A stretch of DNA of 64,000 nt from Alphaproteobacteria bacterium. GTDB taxonomy: Bacteria > Pseudomonadota > Alphaproteobacteria > SP197. Location of the stretch: contig OZ241369.1 of the NCBI GenBank assembly GCA_965200215.1, positions 1,387,071 through 1,451,070 of the forward strand, written 5' to 3'. The notes under the pieces were generated by a model. The model did no database searches and was not told the origin of the DNA. It saw only the letters and a list, made by a program, of their open reading frames with translations. Position 1 is the stretch's first letter. Each line of letters starts with the position of its first letter. Below, one piece after another: positions 1-9,802 of the stretch. A program made the translations under genes and the position numbers.

Positions 1-193
1 CATGAAGGCGCTGGCGCTGGAGCCACGCCATTTCGGCGCCCTTTCGGGCCTGGGCCTGATCCACAGCGCCCGCGGCGAAGACCGCCAGGCGCTGCACTGG
101 TTCCGCGAGGCGCTGGCGCACAACCCGCATATGGCCTCGATTCGCCGGCGGGTGGAGGAGCTGGCGCGCGAGCTGGAGGGCGAGGAGATCTAG
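1..193 (+). CDS. tetratricopeptide repeat protein, C-terminal part (truncated by window edge)
   Basis: TPR-like text ALALEPRHFGALSGLGLI...ALAHNPH; stop TAG at 191-193. Confidence 0.75.
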   Translation, partial: MKALALEPRHFGALSGLGLIHSARGEDRQALHWFREALAHNPHMASIRRRVEELARELEGEEI

Positions 194-230
194 CCGATTC
201 TCTTTCATCCGCAGCACGAGGGCGTGCTGC
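194..230 (-). repeat. repeat family A (33-bp hairpin unit), single copy
   Basis: TTCTCTTTCATCCGCAGCACGAGGGCGTGCTGC; stem GCAGCACG/CGTGCTGC; matches the copies at 1684, 9709 and 12374. Confidence 0.9.
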
Positions 231-238
231 GGTGCGCG

Positions 239-1639
239 CTACACCCTGGCGATGGTGAGCGTGTTGGTGCCCCCCGACCTGCCGAAAGGAACGCCGGCGG
301 TGATGACGACGGCCTCGCCGGCGGCGGCGAAGCCCTCGCTCTTGGCCAGCGCCGCGGCGCGCAGGACCATGTCGGCGAAATCGGCGGCGTCGGCGGCGTG
401 GACCGGGTTGACGCCCCAGGCCAGCGCCAGGCGGCGGGCCGATTCGATGCGCGGCGTCAGCCCCACGATGGGGACGGCCGGGCGCACGCGCGCGGCGCGC
501 AGGCAGGTGGCGCCGGAGACCGACCAGGCGCAGATGGCGGTCGCGCCCACGGTGGCGGCCACTTCGCGGGCCGCCGCCGAGATGGCGTCGGCGCCGGTGG
601 CCTGGGCCTCGCCGGCCAGCGGGTCCCACAGCGGGTCGTTTTCCACCGCCACCGTGATGCGGCTCATCATGGCCACCGCTTCGGCCGGCCAGGTCCCCAC
701 GGCCGTTTCGCCCGAGAGCATGCAGGCATCGGCGCCGTCATAGACGGCGGTCGCCACGTCGGAAGCCTCGGCCCGCGTCGGCGCCGGGCGCGAGACCATC
801 GATTGCAGCATCTGGGTGGCCACCACCACCGGCTTGCCCGCCTCGCGGCAGGCCCTGAGGATGCGCTTCTGCAGCCCCGGCACCTCTTCGGGGGCCATCT
901 CCACGCCCAGGTCGCCGCGCGCCACCATGATGCCGTCGGCCAGCGCCACGATGCCCGCCAGGCTGGCGATCGCCGCCGGCCGCTCCAGCTTGGCCATCAC
1001 CGCCGCCCGCCCGGCCACCAGGCGCTGCGCTTCGGCGATGTCGTCGGGCCGCTGCACGAAGGAGAGCGCCACCCAGTCCGCGCCCAGCTCCAGGGCGAAG
1101 GCCAGATCGTCGCGGTCCTTGGGCGTCAGGGCCGGGATCGGCAGATGGGCGCCGGGCAGGTTGAGGCCCTTATTGTCCGAAAGGCGGCCGGGGCCCTCGA
1201 CGGTGGTCTCGACGAAGCCGTCGCCGCAGCGCGTCACCCGCAGCCGCACGCGCCCGTCGTCCAGCAGCACGGCATCGCCGGCGGCAAGCGCCTGGAAGAC
1301 CTCCGGATGGGGCACGCCGACGCGGCTCTGATCGCCGGCCGCCACGTCCCGATCGAGGCGGAAGGCGCTGCCCCCTTCCAGCGCCACCGCGCCCTCGCGA
1401 AAGCGGCCGATGCGCAGCTTCGGCCCCTGCAGATCGACCATCAGCCCGATCGGCCGCCCGCACCGCGCCTCCAGTTCCCGCACGGCGTCGCGGCAGGCGC
1501 GGTGGTCGGCGCGGCTGCCGTGGCTCATGTTGAGCCGGAAGACGTCGGCACCGGCCGCGAACAGGGCGGCGATGGTCTGCGGCGACGAAGACGCGGGCCC
1601 CAGCGTCGCCACGATTTTCCCCTGCCGCTCGCGACGCAT
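239..1639 (-). CDS. pyk: pyruvate kinase
   Basis: KIVATLGPAS, FRLNMSHG, DLQGPKLR, MVARGDLGVE, ATQML, MLSGETA motifs. Confidence 0.97.
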   Translation of the reverse strand: MRRERQGKIVATLGPASSSPQTIAALFAAGADVFRLNMSHGSRADHRACRDAVRELEARCGRPIGLMVDLQGPKLRIGRFREGAVALEGGSAFRLDRDVAAGDQSRVGVPHPEVFQALAAGDAVLLDDGRVRLRVTRCGDGFVETTVEGPGRLSDNKGLNLPGAHLPIPALTPKDRDDLAFALELGADWVALSFVQRPDDIAEAQRLVAGRAAVMAKLERPAAIASLAGIVALADGIMVARGDLGVEMAPEEVPGLQKRILRACREAGKPVVVATQMLQSMVSRPAPTRAEASDVATAVYDGADACMLSGETAVGTWPAEAVAMMSRITVAVENDPLWDPLAGEAQATGADAISAAAREVAATVGATAICAWSVSGATCLRAARVRPAVPIVGLTPRIESARRLALAWGVNPVHAADAADFADMVLRAAALAKSEGFAAAGEAVVITAGVPFGRSGGTNTLTIARV

Positions 1640-1683
1640 GGCCCTTTCCCTGTCCCGATGCCCCTCGCTGCCCGGCGCGCCGG

Positions 1684-1775
1684 CCCGTCATCCGCGGCGC
1701 GATGTTTTCGTCCGCAGCACGGGGGCGTGCCGATTCCTTATTTCATCCGCGGCATGAGGACATACTGCTGTCGCC
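1684..1775 (-). repeat. repeat family A, degenerate tandem units overlapping the glycerate kinase stop codon
   Basis: CCCGTCATCCGCGGC...TCGTCCGCAGCACGGGGGCGTGCCGATTCC...TTCATCCGCGGCATGAGGACATACTGCTG. Confidence 0.85.
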
Positions 1776-3038
1776 GGGCCGGACCAGGATAGCACGGAAG
1801 TCGTTGACGTTGGTGCGCGTCGCCCCGGTGACGACGGTATCGCCCAGGGCCCGGAAGAAGGCACCGCTGTCGTGGCGCCGCAGCGCCTCACGGGGGCAGA
1901 TCCCCGCCGCCGCCGCCCGCGCCAGGCTTGACGGGTCGCAGAAGGCGCCGGCGCCGCCGCCATCGCCGTCGATGCCGTCGGTGTCGCAGGCGAGCGCGTG
2001 AACGCCCTCCATGCCGTCCAGCGCCAGGGCCAGGGCCAGCAGGAACTCGCGGTTGCGCCCGCCGCTGCCGCCGCTGCCGGGGGGAAGCGTCACCGTCGTC
2101 TCGCCGCCCGACAGGATGGCTGCCGGCGGCGGTGCCGGCCGGCCGCGCGCGGCGATCTCGCGGGCGATGGCGGCGTGGACCTGCGCTACGTGGCGGGCCT
2201 CGCCCTCGATCGTGTCGCCCAGCACCACCGGCGCCACGCCGCGCTCGCTCGCCAGCGCCGCCGCCGCGTCCAGCGCGTCGCCCGGGCGCGCCACCATGGC
2301 GGCCCGGGCGCGGGCGAGGCGGGGATGGCCGGGCTTGGGCGTCTCGCTGGCCTCGCTTCGCAGGTGGGCGCGCACCGCCGCCGGGGCCGCGATGCCGTGG
2401 CGCGCCAGCGTCGCCAGCGCCTGCTGGCGGGTCGAGGGATCGGCCACGGCCGGCCCCGAAGCGACGGTGGCGAGATCGTCGCCCGGCACGTCGGAGATGG
2501 CGAGCGTGAAGGTCGCCGCCGGCCAGGCGGCCAGCGCCAGCCGCCCGCCCTTGATCGCCGAGAGATGCTTGCGGACGCCGTTGATCTCGGCGATGGCGGC
2601 ACCGGATGCCAGCAGCGCGCGCGTCAGCCGCCGCTTGTCGCCCAGCGCGATGCCTGCCGCCGGCAGCGCCAGCAGCGCCGAGCCGCCGCCCGAAAGCAGC
2701 ACCAGCGCCAGATCGCCCTCCCCCAGGCCGGAGACCAGGGCGAGCATCCGCCGTCCGGCGCGGGCGCCGGCCCGGTCGGGCACGGGATGGGCCGCCTCCA
2801 CCAGCTCGATCCGGCGCAGCGGCGCGCCGTGGCCATAGGGCACCGCCACCAGCCCGGCCAGCGCGCCGGGCCAGTGCCGTTCCACCTCGGCGGCCATGGC
2901 CGCCGCCGCCTTGCCCGCGCCCACCACCGCGGTGCGGCCCGGCGGGGCGGGCGGCAGCAGCCAGGCGATGCGCCCCCTCGCGCTGCAGGCGGCGACGGCG
3001 CGGCGGAACAGTGCTTGCAGGAACTGGCGCGGGTCCAT
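1743..3038 (-). CDS. glycerate 2-kinase, MOFRL/TtuD family
   Basis: GAGKAA, LSGGGSAL, VRKHLSAIKGG, ISDVPGDD, GGETTV, GGRNRE, DTDGIDG, TNVNDFR; start placed at MDPRQFL (3038); adjacent to pyk as in ttuDE. Confidence 0.92.
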   Translation of the reverse strand: MDPRQFLQALFRRAVAACSARGRIAWLLPPAPPGRTAVVGAGKAAAAMAAEVERHWPGALAGLVAVPYGHGAPLRRIELVEAAHPVPDRAGARAGRRMLALVSGLGEGDLALVLLSGGGSALLALPAAGIALGDKRRLTRALLASGAAIAEINGVRKHLSAIKGGRLALAAWPAATFTLAISDVPGDDLATVASGPAVADPSTRQQALATLARHGIAAPAAVRAHLRSEASETPKPGHPRLARARAAMVARPGDALDAAAALASERGVAPVVLGDTIEGEARHVAQVHAAIAREIAARGRPAPPPAAILSGGETTVTLPPGSGGSGGRNREFLLALALALDGMEGVHALACDTDGIDGDGGGAGAFCDPSSLARAAAAGICPREALRRHDSGAFFRALGDTVVTGATRTNVNDFRAILVRPGDSSMSSCRG

Positions 3039-3091
3039 CGCCGCCGCTTGTGCCACGCCGGCCACGAAGGCGGCAAGGCTGCGTCGTCCGT

Positions 3092-3165
3092 CCTGGAAGC
3101 GCCGGCGTCCCGCCGGCAAACGGGCCGAAGGCCCGCCGACGCACCGCCCCCCGCCGCCAGGCACC
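3092..3165 (-). repeat. repeat family B (74-bp multi-hairpin REP-like element)
   Basis: reverse complement of GGTGCCTGG...CGGGCC-TTC-GGCCCG TTT GCCGGCG-GGA-CGCCGGC GCTTCCAGG; same length as the copies at 17363, 32095 and 32255. Confidence 0.9.
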
Positions 3166-3206
3166 GCCACCATTTCCCGCTCTCACTGGCCAAAGCGCCG
3201 GCAAAA

Positions 3207-3225
3207 TTTCAAACCGAGACAACCC
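3207..3225 (+). repeat. solo, degenerate copy of the 19-bp terminal arm
   Basis: TTTCAAACCGAGACAACCC compared with TTTCAAACYGRGGCACTAC. Confidence 0.6.
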
Positions 3226-3275
3226 CTGTCCGGGAAGCCTTGCGGCGGGCGGCCAGGGCGCGGAAGATCGCGCCC

Positions 3276-4058
3276 ATGAAGCGCGGCCTGCCCGACAGCG
3301 TCATCGTGGAGCGCGACGGCGCCATCGCCACGGTGACGATCTCGCGCCCCGAAAAGCTCAACGCCATCGACACGGCGACGGCGCGCGGCCTTTCGGATGC
3401 CTTCGACATGCTTTCGGCCGACGACGGCCTGCGGGCGGTGGTGCTGCGCGGGGCGGGCGAGAAGGCCTTCGGGGCCGGCGCCGACATCGGCGAGTTCGCC
3501 GGCCGGCGCGGCGATCCCGGCGCGGCGCAGGACTACGAGCGCGCCTGGGGCGCGGGGCTGGCCCGCTGCCGCCACCCGGTGATCGCGGCCATCCAGGGCT
3601 ACTGCATCGGCGGCAGCCTGGGCCTGCTGCCCGATACCGACATCCGCATCGCCGGGGCCGGCGCCATCTTCCAGATCCCGGCCGCGAGGCTGGGGATCGT
3701 CTATGGGCACGACGACATCGCCCGCCTGGCGCGCCTCACGGGCCACGCCAACGCCCTGGCGCTGCTGCTGGAGGCGGCGCGCATCCCGGCCGCCGAGGCG
3801 CTGCGCATCGGCCTGGTGAACCGGGTGGTGCCCGACGACCGTCTCTGGCGCGAGGCGCGGGCGACGGCGGAGCGCATCGCCGCCCTGGCGCCGCTGTCGG
3901 CGCGCTGGCACAAGAAGTTCGCCCGCCGCCTGCTCGATCCCGCCCCGCTCTCCGACGAGGAACGGGCGGAGGCCTTCGCCTGCTTCGCCACCGAAGACTA
4001 CGAGGCCGCGCGGCGCGCCTTCGCCACCGGCGCGGCGCCCGCCTTCAAGGGGCGCTGA
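3276..4058 (+). CDS. enoyl-CoA hydratase/isomerase (crotonase) family protein
   Basis: ISRPEKLNA, AFGAGADIGEF, PVIAAIQGYCIGG, AEALRIGLVN; start MKRGLPD. Confidence 0.92.
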   Translation: MKRGLPDSVIVERDGAIATVTISRPEKLNAIDTATARGLSDAFDMLSADDGLRAVVLRGAGEKAFGAGADIGEFAGRRGDPGAAQDYERAWGAGLARCRHPVIAAIQGYCIGGSLGLLPDTDIRIAGAGAIFQIPAARLGIVYGHDDIARLARLTGHANALALLLEAARIPAAEALRIGLVNRVVPDDRLWREARATAERIAALAPLSARWHKKFARRLLDPAPLSDEERAEAFACFATEDYEAARRAFATGAAPAFKGR

Positions 4059-4061
4059 GCC

Positions 4062-5273
4062 GTGAGGACGGGCTACGGGCCGCTCGACGGCGTGCGCGTG
4101 ATCGACTTCACCCATGTCATGGCCGGGCCCACCTGCACCATGATGCTGGCCGACATGGGCGCCGACGTGGTGAAGATCGAGCGCGTGCCCTTCGCGGCCG
4201 ATGCCGCCCACAACCCCGACGACCCCTACTGGATCAACGGGGTCAGCGCCTCCTACATGATCGTCAACCGCAACAAGCGCGGCCTGCCGCTGGACCTGAA
4301 GAGCGCCGGCGGCGCCGCCATCGCCCGCCGCCTGCTCGCGGGCGCCGACGTGGCGGTGGAGAACTTCCGACCCGGCGTGCTCGACCGCCTGGGGCTGGGC
4401 TACGACGACGCCAGGCGGATCAACCCGCGCCTGGTCTATGGCGCGGTGAGCGGCTTCGGGCGCAGCGGCCCCTATAGCGACCGCCCCGGCTACGACCTGA
4501 TGGCCCAGGGCATGGCGGGCATCGTCAGCGTCACCGGCGAGGGGCCGGGCCGCCCGCCGGTCAAGCCCGGCGTGCCCCTGACCGACATCACCGCCGGCAT
4601 CCTGCTGGCCATGGGCATCTGCGCCGCGCTGTGGCACCGCGAGGCTTCGGGCGAGGGCCAGATGGTCGACACCTCGCTGTTCGAGGCCGGCATCGTGCAC
4701 ACCTACTGGCACAGCTGCGCCGCCTTCGCGACCGGCAAGGCACCGCAGCCGCTGGGCTCCGGCCACCCCCTGGCGGCGCCCTACCAGGCGATCCGCACCG
4801 CCGACGGCCACGTGACGGTGAGCGCCGGCGGCTGGATGTGGCCGCGGCTGTGCCGGCTGGTCGATCCGGCCCTGGAGAAGGACCCGCGCTTCGACAGCAA
4901 CGAGAAGCGCATGCGCAACGTCAAGGCCCTGGAAGCGGCGCTGAACGAGCGCATGTCCACCCGAACCACCGCCCAATGGGTGGCGGCGCTGCAGGCCGAG
5001 GGCCTGCCGGCCGGCCCCATCAACACCATCCCCGAGATGCACGCCGACCCGCAGGCCCTGGCCCGCGAGATGGTGGTGACGCAGCGCCATCCCGCCGCCG
5101 GCGCGGTCAAGACCCTGGGTCTGCCGGTGAAATTCTCGAAGACGCCGGGCGGGCCGAAGCGCCCGGCCAGCGTCTATGGCCAGCACACCCGCGACATCCT
5201 GCGCGAGGCCGGCTATGGCGAGGAGGAGATCGACGCCTTCGTCGCCGCCGGCGCCACCGCCGAGGCGCCGTGA
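4062..5273 (+). CDS. CoA-transferase family III (CaiB/BaiF)
   Basis: PLDGVRVID, MAGP, LADMGADVVKIE, NRNKR, ENFRPG, GYDLMAQ. Confidence 0.95.
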   Translation: MRTGYGPLDGVRVIDFTHVMAGPTCTMMLADMGADVVKIERVPFAADAAHNPDDPYWINGVSASYMIVNRNKRGLPLDLKSAGGAAIARRLLAGADVAVENFRPGVLDRLGLGYDDARRINPRLVYGAVSGFGRSGPYSDRPGYDLMAQGMAGIVSVTGEGPGRPPVKPGVPLTDITAGILLAMGICAALWHREASGEGQMVDTSLFEAGIVHTYWHSCAAFATGKAPQPLGSGHPLAAPYQAIRTADGHVTVSAGGWMWPRLCRLVDPALEKDPRFDSNEKRMRNVKALEAALNERMSTRTTAQWVAALQAEGLPAGPINTIPEMHADPQALAREMVVTQRHPAAGAVKTLGLPVKFSKTPGGPKRPASVYGQHTRDILREAGYGEEEIDAFVAAGATAEAP

Positions 5274-5406
5274 ACGCCGTGAACGCTGCCGGCGGGCCTC
5301 GCGCCGGCGACGACCGCGTCGACATGCTGCTTCTCCGGCAAGGCGGCCCGGACCTCGGCCGGCCACAGCGGCGGGCCGGGCGGCGCCCAGGGCGGCGGGG
5401 CGCGCG

Positions 5407-7380
5407 CTACGCCTGCGCCCCGATGGCCATGCCGGCTTCGAGGCCTTCCAGCACCGCTTCCTCGGCGGTGCGCGGCATCGCCGCATCGCCGACGGTGTGG
5501 ACCTCGCCCTCCCAGCCCGCCAGCGCCCGGGCCAGCCCCTGGCGCCGCACCGCGCCCTGGGCCAGCACCAGCGTATCGACCCCTTCGCAGACGATGGCCT
5601 CGTCGGTCACCGTGTGCTGCAGATAGACGCTGTCGCCGTCGGCGCCGAACAGGCGGGCGTATGGGATGGTTTCCACCCGCAGCCGGTGCAGTTCGCCGAT
5701 CCAGTGGTCGCGCACGCCGTCCTGGAGATTCTGCCCCGGCACGATGCCGGTGACGGCCAGGCGCACGCGGCAGCCCTCGCGGGCGAGCTTTTCGGCCACG
5801 CCCAGCCCCGTCCAGTCGTTGCGGCAATCAGCCACCAGCACCGAGGCGCCGACATCGGCCTCGCCCCGCAGCAGCGCCCAGGCGTCCACGGCATGGGCTT
5901 CGCCGTCGCCTTCGAAACGGGGCCGCCTGGCCCCGGCGCCGGTCGCCACCACCACCGCATCGGGGCCGAGGGCGCGCACCGCGGCAGCCGTGACGCGGGC
6001 GCCGCATTCGACCCTGACGCCGGCCAGCGCCATCTCGCGTTCCAGATTGGCGACGATGCCGCCGAACTCGGCGCGCCCCGGCAGAGCGGCGGCCAGCAGC
6101 GCCTGGCCGCCCAGCCGGCTTTCCCGCTCGCGGAGCGTCACCTCGTGGCCGCGCTCGGCGGCGACGGCGGCCGCCTTCATGCCGGCCGGGCCGCCGCCGG
6201 CCACCAGCACCCTGCGCCGCCGCCCGGCCGGCGCCTTGACGTGGGGCCAGACGAGCTCGCGCCCGCTTTCGGGGTGCTGGATGCAGGAGACGGGGAAGTA
6301 TTGCAGGCGGTGGCCGACGCAGGCCTGGTTGCAGGCGATGCAGGCGCGGATGTCTTCGGCGCGGCCCCGCCTGGCCTTGGCGGCGAAGAAGGGATCGGCG
6401 ATCAGCGCCCGCGCCGCGCCCACCATGTCGGCCTCGCCCTTTGCCAGCACGGCCTCGGCCAGCTGCGGCTGGTTGATGCGCCCGGCGACCAGCACCGGCA
6501 GGGAAAGCTCCCGCTTCAGCGCGCCGGCGGCGGCGGCGACATGGGCGGGCGGGACGGCCATGGGGGGAAAGACCTCGATCCAGCCCCTGGCGGTGGCGGT
6601 GTTGCCGCCGATGACGCTGACATAGTCGGCCAGCCCGGCCGCCTCCAGCGCCCGGCAGACCTCCAGCGTCTCGCCGGGCGTCATGGCGTCGCGGGTGCTG
6701 TCGCCGCCGCCGAGGCGCACGCCGACGATGGCCCGGCCGCCGGCCGCCCGGCGCACCGCCGCCAGGATGTCGGTCAGCAGGCGCATGCGATTGGCCAGGC
6801 TGCCGCCGTGGCGATCATTGCGCAGATTGGTGCGGGGGTTGAGGAACTGGGCGACGAGATAGCCCATGCCGGCCAGGATTTCGACGCCGTCGAAGCCGGC
6901 CTCCATCAGGTGGCCGGCGGCCCGCCCATAGGCGGCGGCGAGCTCGGCGAGCCAGGCCGGCGAGGCGGCGACGGGGACGGTGCCGTAGCGCTCCAGCGGC
7001 AGTTCGGAGGCGGAATACAGCCGCCGCCTGGCGCCGTCATGGGTGGTGCGCATGGCGGGGCCGGGGTGGAAGAGCTGGCCCAGGATGCGGCAGCCGTGGC
7101 GCTGGACCGCCGCCGCCAGGGCGGCGAAGCCCGGCACCGATTCCTCCTGCCCGGCCAGCAGATAGCCGGCGGCGATGTCGAAGCTGGGGTGCATCGACAT
7201 GCCCTCGATCACGATCATGCCGACGCCGCCGGCCGCCCTGGCCTCGTGATAGGCGATCAGCCGCTCGGAGACGCGCCCCCTCTCGCCCAGCGAGGTGCCG
7301 TGGGCGGGAAAGAACAGGCGGTTGGCGATCTCGTGCCCGCGCAGTTCGATGGGCTGGAAGAGATGGGGAAAGGCGCCCAT
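5407..7380 (-). CDS. NADH:flavin oxidoreductase (OYE barrel + 4Fe-4S + FAD domain; DCR/TMADH/StcD-like)
   Basis: LFQPIEL...NRL, YHEARAAGG, N-x-R-x-D-x-x-GGS-x-x-NRMR, CIACNQAC Fe-S motif, VAGGGPAGM; start MGAFPHLF. Confidence 0.9.
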   Translation of the reverse strand: MGAFPHLFQPIELRGHEIANRLFFPAHGTSLGERGRVSERLIAYHEARAAGGVGMIVIEGMSMHPSFDIAAGYLLAGQEESVPGFAALAAAVQRHGCRILGQLFHPGPAMRTTHDGARRRLYSASELPLERYGTVPVAASPAWLAELAAAYGRAAGHLMEAGFDGVEILAGMGYLVAQFLNPRTNLRNDRHGGSLANRMRLLTDILAAVRRAAGGRAIVGVRLGGGDSTRDAMTPGETLEVCRALEAAGLADYVSVIGGNTATARGWIEVFPPMAVPPAHVAAAAGALKRELSLPVLVAGRINQPQLAEAVLAKGEADMVGAARALIADPFFAAKARRGRAEDIRACIACNQACVGHRLQYFPVSCIQHPESGRELVWPHVKAPAGRRRRVLVAGGGPAGMKAAAVAAERGHEVTLRERESRLGGQALLAAALPGRAEFGGIVANLEREMALAGVRVECGARVTAAAVRALGPDAVVVATGAGARRPRFEGDGEAHAVDAWALLRGEADVGASVLVADCRNDWTGLGVAEKLAREGCRVRLAVTGIVPGQNLQDGVRDHWIGELHRLRVETIPYARLFGADGDSVYLQHTVTDEAIVCEGVDTLVLAQGAVRRQGLARALAGWEGEVHTVGDAAMPRTAEEAVLEGLEAGMAIGAQA

Positions 7381-7508
7381 GCGGCCCCTCCTGGCGGCGG
7401 CGGGCGCCCTTATCGCACCCGTCCGGCGCCCTTTCCAGGCGCCCGCTTGCCGCCGCCCGGCGCTCCCCGCACAATGGCGGGCGGGGCAACGAAGGGGAGA
7501 CGGGCGCC

Positions 7509-8570
7509 ATGGCCGTTCCATCGGCATTGCACAAGACCGACAGCATCGAGGCCAGGAAGGCGGATTTCGACAGCATCCCGGTGATCGACATCGCCCCCTT
7601 CCTCGGCGGCGGCGAGCGGGGGCAGCGCCGCGCGGCCGAAGAGATCGGAGACGCCTGCCGCCAGGTCGGCTTCTTCTACGTCACCGGCCATGGCATCCCC
7701 GAGGCCACCATCGGCGCGCTCATGCGCCAGACCCGCCGCTTCTTCCAGCTGCCGCTGGCGGAGAAGATGAAGCTCGATATCGACCTCATCCAGCGCCACC
7801 GCGGCTATATCCCCGAGGGCGCGCTTTCGGCCGACGTCAACGCGAGGCCCGATCTGCAGGAGGGCTTCGAGGTCTCCATGGAACTGCCGGCCGACGACCC
7901 CGACTATCTGGCCGGCAACATCATGCTGGGCCCCAATGTCTGGCCGCAGAACCTGCCCGGCTTCCGCCAGGGCGTCTATGCCTATTGGGAAGCGGTGCAC
8001 CGGCTGGGCGTCGTCCTGTTCCGCGCCTTCGAGCGGACGCTGGGCCTGCCCTGCGGCTGGTTCGACGACAAGATCGACAAGCCCATGGGCCAGCTGCGGC
8101 TGATCCACTACCCGCCGCAGCCGGGACCCATCCGGCCCGACCGCATCGGCATCGGCGCCCACACCGATTACGAATGCTTCACCATGCTGCTGCAGGACGA
8201 TGTCGGCGGCTTGCAGGTGGGCAACCGCGACGGCGACTGGATCGAGGCGCCGCCCATCGCCGGCACCGTGGTCGTCAACATCGGCGACATGCTGATGCGC
8301 TGGACCAACGACGAGTTCGTCTCCACGCCGCACCGGGTGATCAACGATTCGGAGAGCGAGCGCTATTCCTTCCCGTTCTTCTTCGGCGCCAACCACGACT
8401 GCGTCGTCGCCCCGCTGCCGCAATTCACCGGCCCCGGCCGCCCGGCCCGATACCCGCCGACCCGCTGCGGCTGGTGGACCGAGGCCATGATCACCGACGC
8501 CTACGACTACCGCATCCCCTGGCGCGGCAAGCTGCCGGATCCGGAACTGGTCCGGTGGTGCGGCGGATAG
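7509..8570 (+). CDS. 2-oxoglutarate/Fe(II) dioxygenase, isopenicillin N synthase family
   Basis: IPVIDI, GFFYVTGHGI, HTDY (HxD), NIGDML, HRV, RYS motifs. Confidence 0.95.
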   Translation: MAVPSALHKTDSIEARKADFDSIPVIDIAPFLGGGERGQRRAAEEIGDACRQVGFFYVTGHGIPEATIGALMRQTRRFFQLPLAEKMKLDIDLIQRHRGYIPEGALSADVNARPDLQEGFEVSMELPADDPDYLAGNIMLGPNVWPQNLPGFRQGVYAYWEAVHRLGVVLFRAFERTLGLPCGWFDDKIDKPMGQLRLIHYPPQPGPIRPDRIGIGAHTDYECFTMLLQDDVGGLQVGNRDGDWIEAPPIAGTVVVNIGDMLMRWTNDEFVSTPHRVINDSESERYSFPFFFGANHDCVVAPLPQFTGPGRPARYPPTRCGWWTEAMITDAYDYRIPWRGKLPDPELVRWCGG

Positions 8571-8605
8571 GGCCTCGACCGCCCGAGGCTCATCCGCCCC
8601 AAGGC

Positions 8606-9676
8606 TCATCCACATTGAGCGCGGTGGCGCAGCAGGTGGTCGGCCAGAACGCAGGCCATCATCGCCTCGCCCACCGGCACGGCGCGGATGCCGACGCAAG
8701 GGTCGTGGCGCCCCTTCACGCGCACCGTCGTCTCGGCGCCGTCGCGGTCCACCGTCCGCCGGCGGTGCAGGATGGAGCTGGTGGGCTTGACGGCGAAGCG
8801 GACCACCAGCTCCTCGCCGGTGGCGATGCCGCCCAGCACGCCGCCCGTCCGGTTGGAGAGGAAGCGGGGGCCTGATTCGCCGGCCGCCATCTCGTCGGCC
8901 GCCGTCTCGCCCGGCCAGGCGGCGAGCGCGAAACCCTCGCCGATCTCCACCCCCTTGACGGCGTTGATCGACATCATGGCGGCGGCGAGATCGGCGTCGA
9001 GCTTGCCGTAGAGCGGGCTCCCCAGGCCCGCCGGCACGCCGGCGGCGCGCAGCTCCACCACCGCGCCGGCCGAGGAGCCGCGCTTTCTCACCTCGTCCAG
9101 GAACCCCTCCCACTGCCCGGCCATCGCCTTGTCGGGGCACCAGAAGGGGTTGTTCTCCACCTCCTCCCAGTCCCAGCGGGCGGGATCGATGCGGTGAGGG
9201 CCGATCTGCACCACGGCGCCGCGGATCGCCACACCCTCGCCCAGCAGCCGGCGCGCCACGGCGCCGGCGGCCACGCGCATGGCGGTCTCGCGGGCGCTGG
9301 AGCGGCCGCCGCCGCGATGATCGCGGATGCCGTATTTGACGTCGTAGCTGTAATCGGCATGGCCCGGGCGCCAGAGACGGGCGAGCTCGCCGTAATCCTT
9401 CGGGCGCTGGTCCACGTTCTCCACGATCATGGCCAGCGGCGCGCCGGTGGTGCGGCCTTCGAACAGGCCCGAGACGATCGCCACCCGGTCCGGCTCGCGG
9501 CGCTGGGTGGTGAAGCGCGAGCGGCCGGGGCGGCGGCGGTCCAGCCAGCGCTGCACCCAGGCCTCGTCCAGCGCCAGGCGCGGCGGCACCCCGTCCACCA
9601 CGCAGCCGATCTGCGGGCCGTGGCTTTCGCCCCAGGTGGTGACTCGGAAGAGATGGCCGAAGCCGTTGGAGGCCAT
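8606..9676 (-). CDS. aroC: chorismate synthase
   Basis: [37 protein letters not shown]; start MASNGFG preceded by GGAGG. Confidence 0.98.
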   Translation of the reverse strand: MASNGFGHLFRVTTWGESHGPQIGCVVDGVPPRLALDEAWVQRWLDRRRPGRSRFTTQRREPDRVAIVSGLFEGRTTGAPLAMIVENVDQRPKDYGELARLWRPGHADYSYDVKYGIRDHRGGGRSSARETAMRVAAGAVARRLLGEGVAIRGAVVQIGPHRIDPARWDWEEVENNPFWCPDKAMAGQWEGFLDEVRKRGSSAGAVVELRAAGVPAGLGSPLYGKLDADLAAAMMSINAVKGVEIGEGFALAAWPGETAADEMAAGESGPRFLSNRTGGVLGGIATGEELVVRFAVKPTSSILHRRRTVDRDGAETTVRVKGRHDPCVGIRAVPVGEAMMACVLADHLLRHRAQCG

Positions 9677-9677
9677 G

Positions 9678-9801
9678 GCAGCACCTCCGGCGCTGCTGAT
9701 GAATCCTGCGCAGCACGGGGCGTGCTGGTTCTTTTTCGTCCGCAGCACGAGGGCGTGCTGATTCTTTATTCATCCGCAGCACGAGGGCGTGCTGCTGTGC
9801 C
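9678..9801 (-). repeat. repeat family A: three tandem hairpin units plus a degenerate fourth hairpin containing the aroC RBS
   Basis: GCAGCACG(A)GGGCGTGCTG x3 at 9709-9795; GCAGCACCTCCGGCGCTGC at 9678-9697. Confidence 0.9.
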
Positions 9802-9802
9802 G

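Noticed and set aside
9709-9801. Hairpin repeats of CRISPR-like size (also 12374-12475 and 31999-32552)
   Set aside because: Units are directly tandem with no unique 30-40-bp spacers, there are at most 3-6 copies, and no cas genes are present.
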